Part shown: in pieces, positions 63,750-64,000 of the stretch
Layout of the letters: each line of letters begins with the position of its first letter
Numbering within the stretch: the stretch's first letter is position 1
Origin: Octopus bimaculoides
Taxonomy: Eukaryota
NCBI RefSeq assembly: GCF_001194135.2
Contig: NC_068988.1
Span: 61,881,613 to 61,945,612, forward strand
Direction of reading: 5' to 3'
DNA: 64,000 nt
Made by a program: the position numbers and the translations under genes
The notes under the pieces: model-generated
Seen by the model: only the letters and a program-made list of their open reading frames with translations
Database searches by the model: none
What the model was told of the DNA's origin: nothing

Positions 63750-64000
63750 CCATGACCACCTCTAAATACCACTATCAACACGAGCATCACGAGCACGAGC
63801 ACCCTCACCACCCCCATCACCGCCACCCCTACCACCAACACCAACAACACAAACACCTCCACCACTACCACCACAACCGTGACGCCCACCGCCACCATGA
63901 TAACGGCCGCCACCGAGAAGACAGCCATCACCGCAACCGTTAACATCACGACCACCCACACAACCATCACTATCACTACCACCACCACCACCACCATCAG
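63750..64000. repeat. Degenerate (CAC/CAT)n low-complexity tract
   Basis: ACC/ATC triplet runs that yield spurious poly-H/V/G ORFs. Confidence 0.85.

Noticed and set aside
63707-63997. His-, Val- or Gly-rich ORFs
   Set aside because: Products of degenerate CAC/CAT repeats with no splice or start context.

Overview
AT-rich, microsatellite-dense animal genomic DNA from a fragmented short-read assembly, with 13 N-gaps that mostly abut simple repeats. The repeat landscape points to an octopus/cephalopod genome; this is an inference from repeat style, not a database match. No long intact gene is visible, and all long ORFs in the track are artefacts of N-gaps or microsatellites. Most explainable sequence is transposon-derived: at least four tRNA-headed SINE families, Helentron-like non-autonomous elements, mariner relics and MITEs, and decayed non-LTR fragments (Penelope-like RT, CRE-like and R4/Dong-like restriction-like-endonuclease clades, RTE, possibly L1/Tx1 and CR1/L2). 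One plausible host gene end is seen as two minus-strand exons (18725-18659 and 17998-17881) that splice in frame to a peptide with a C-terminal transmembrane segment. The most interesting recurring signal is a set of Penelope-type termini with minimal hammerhead-ribozyme-like motifs: a 202-bp near-perfect palindrome with a motif in each arm (3556-3757), a tRNA-headed SINE with an inverted terminal duplication and a collapsed motif (10406-11326), and further relics at 529-574, 42236-42267 and 62508-62616. All family assignments come from manual motif recognition and need computational confirmation.
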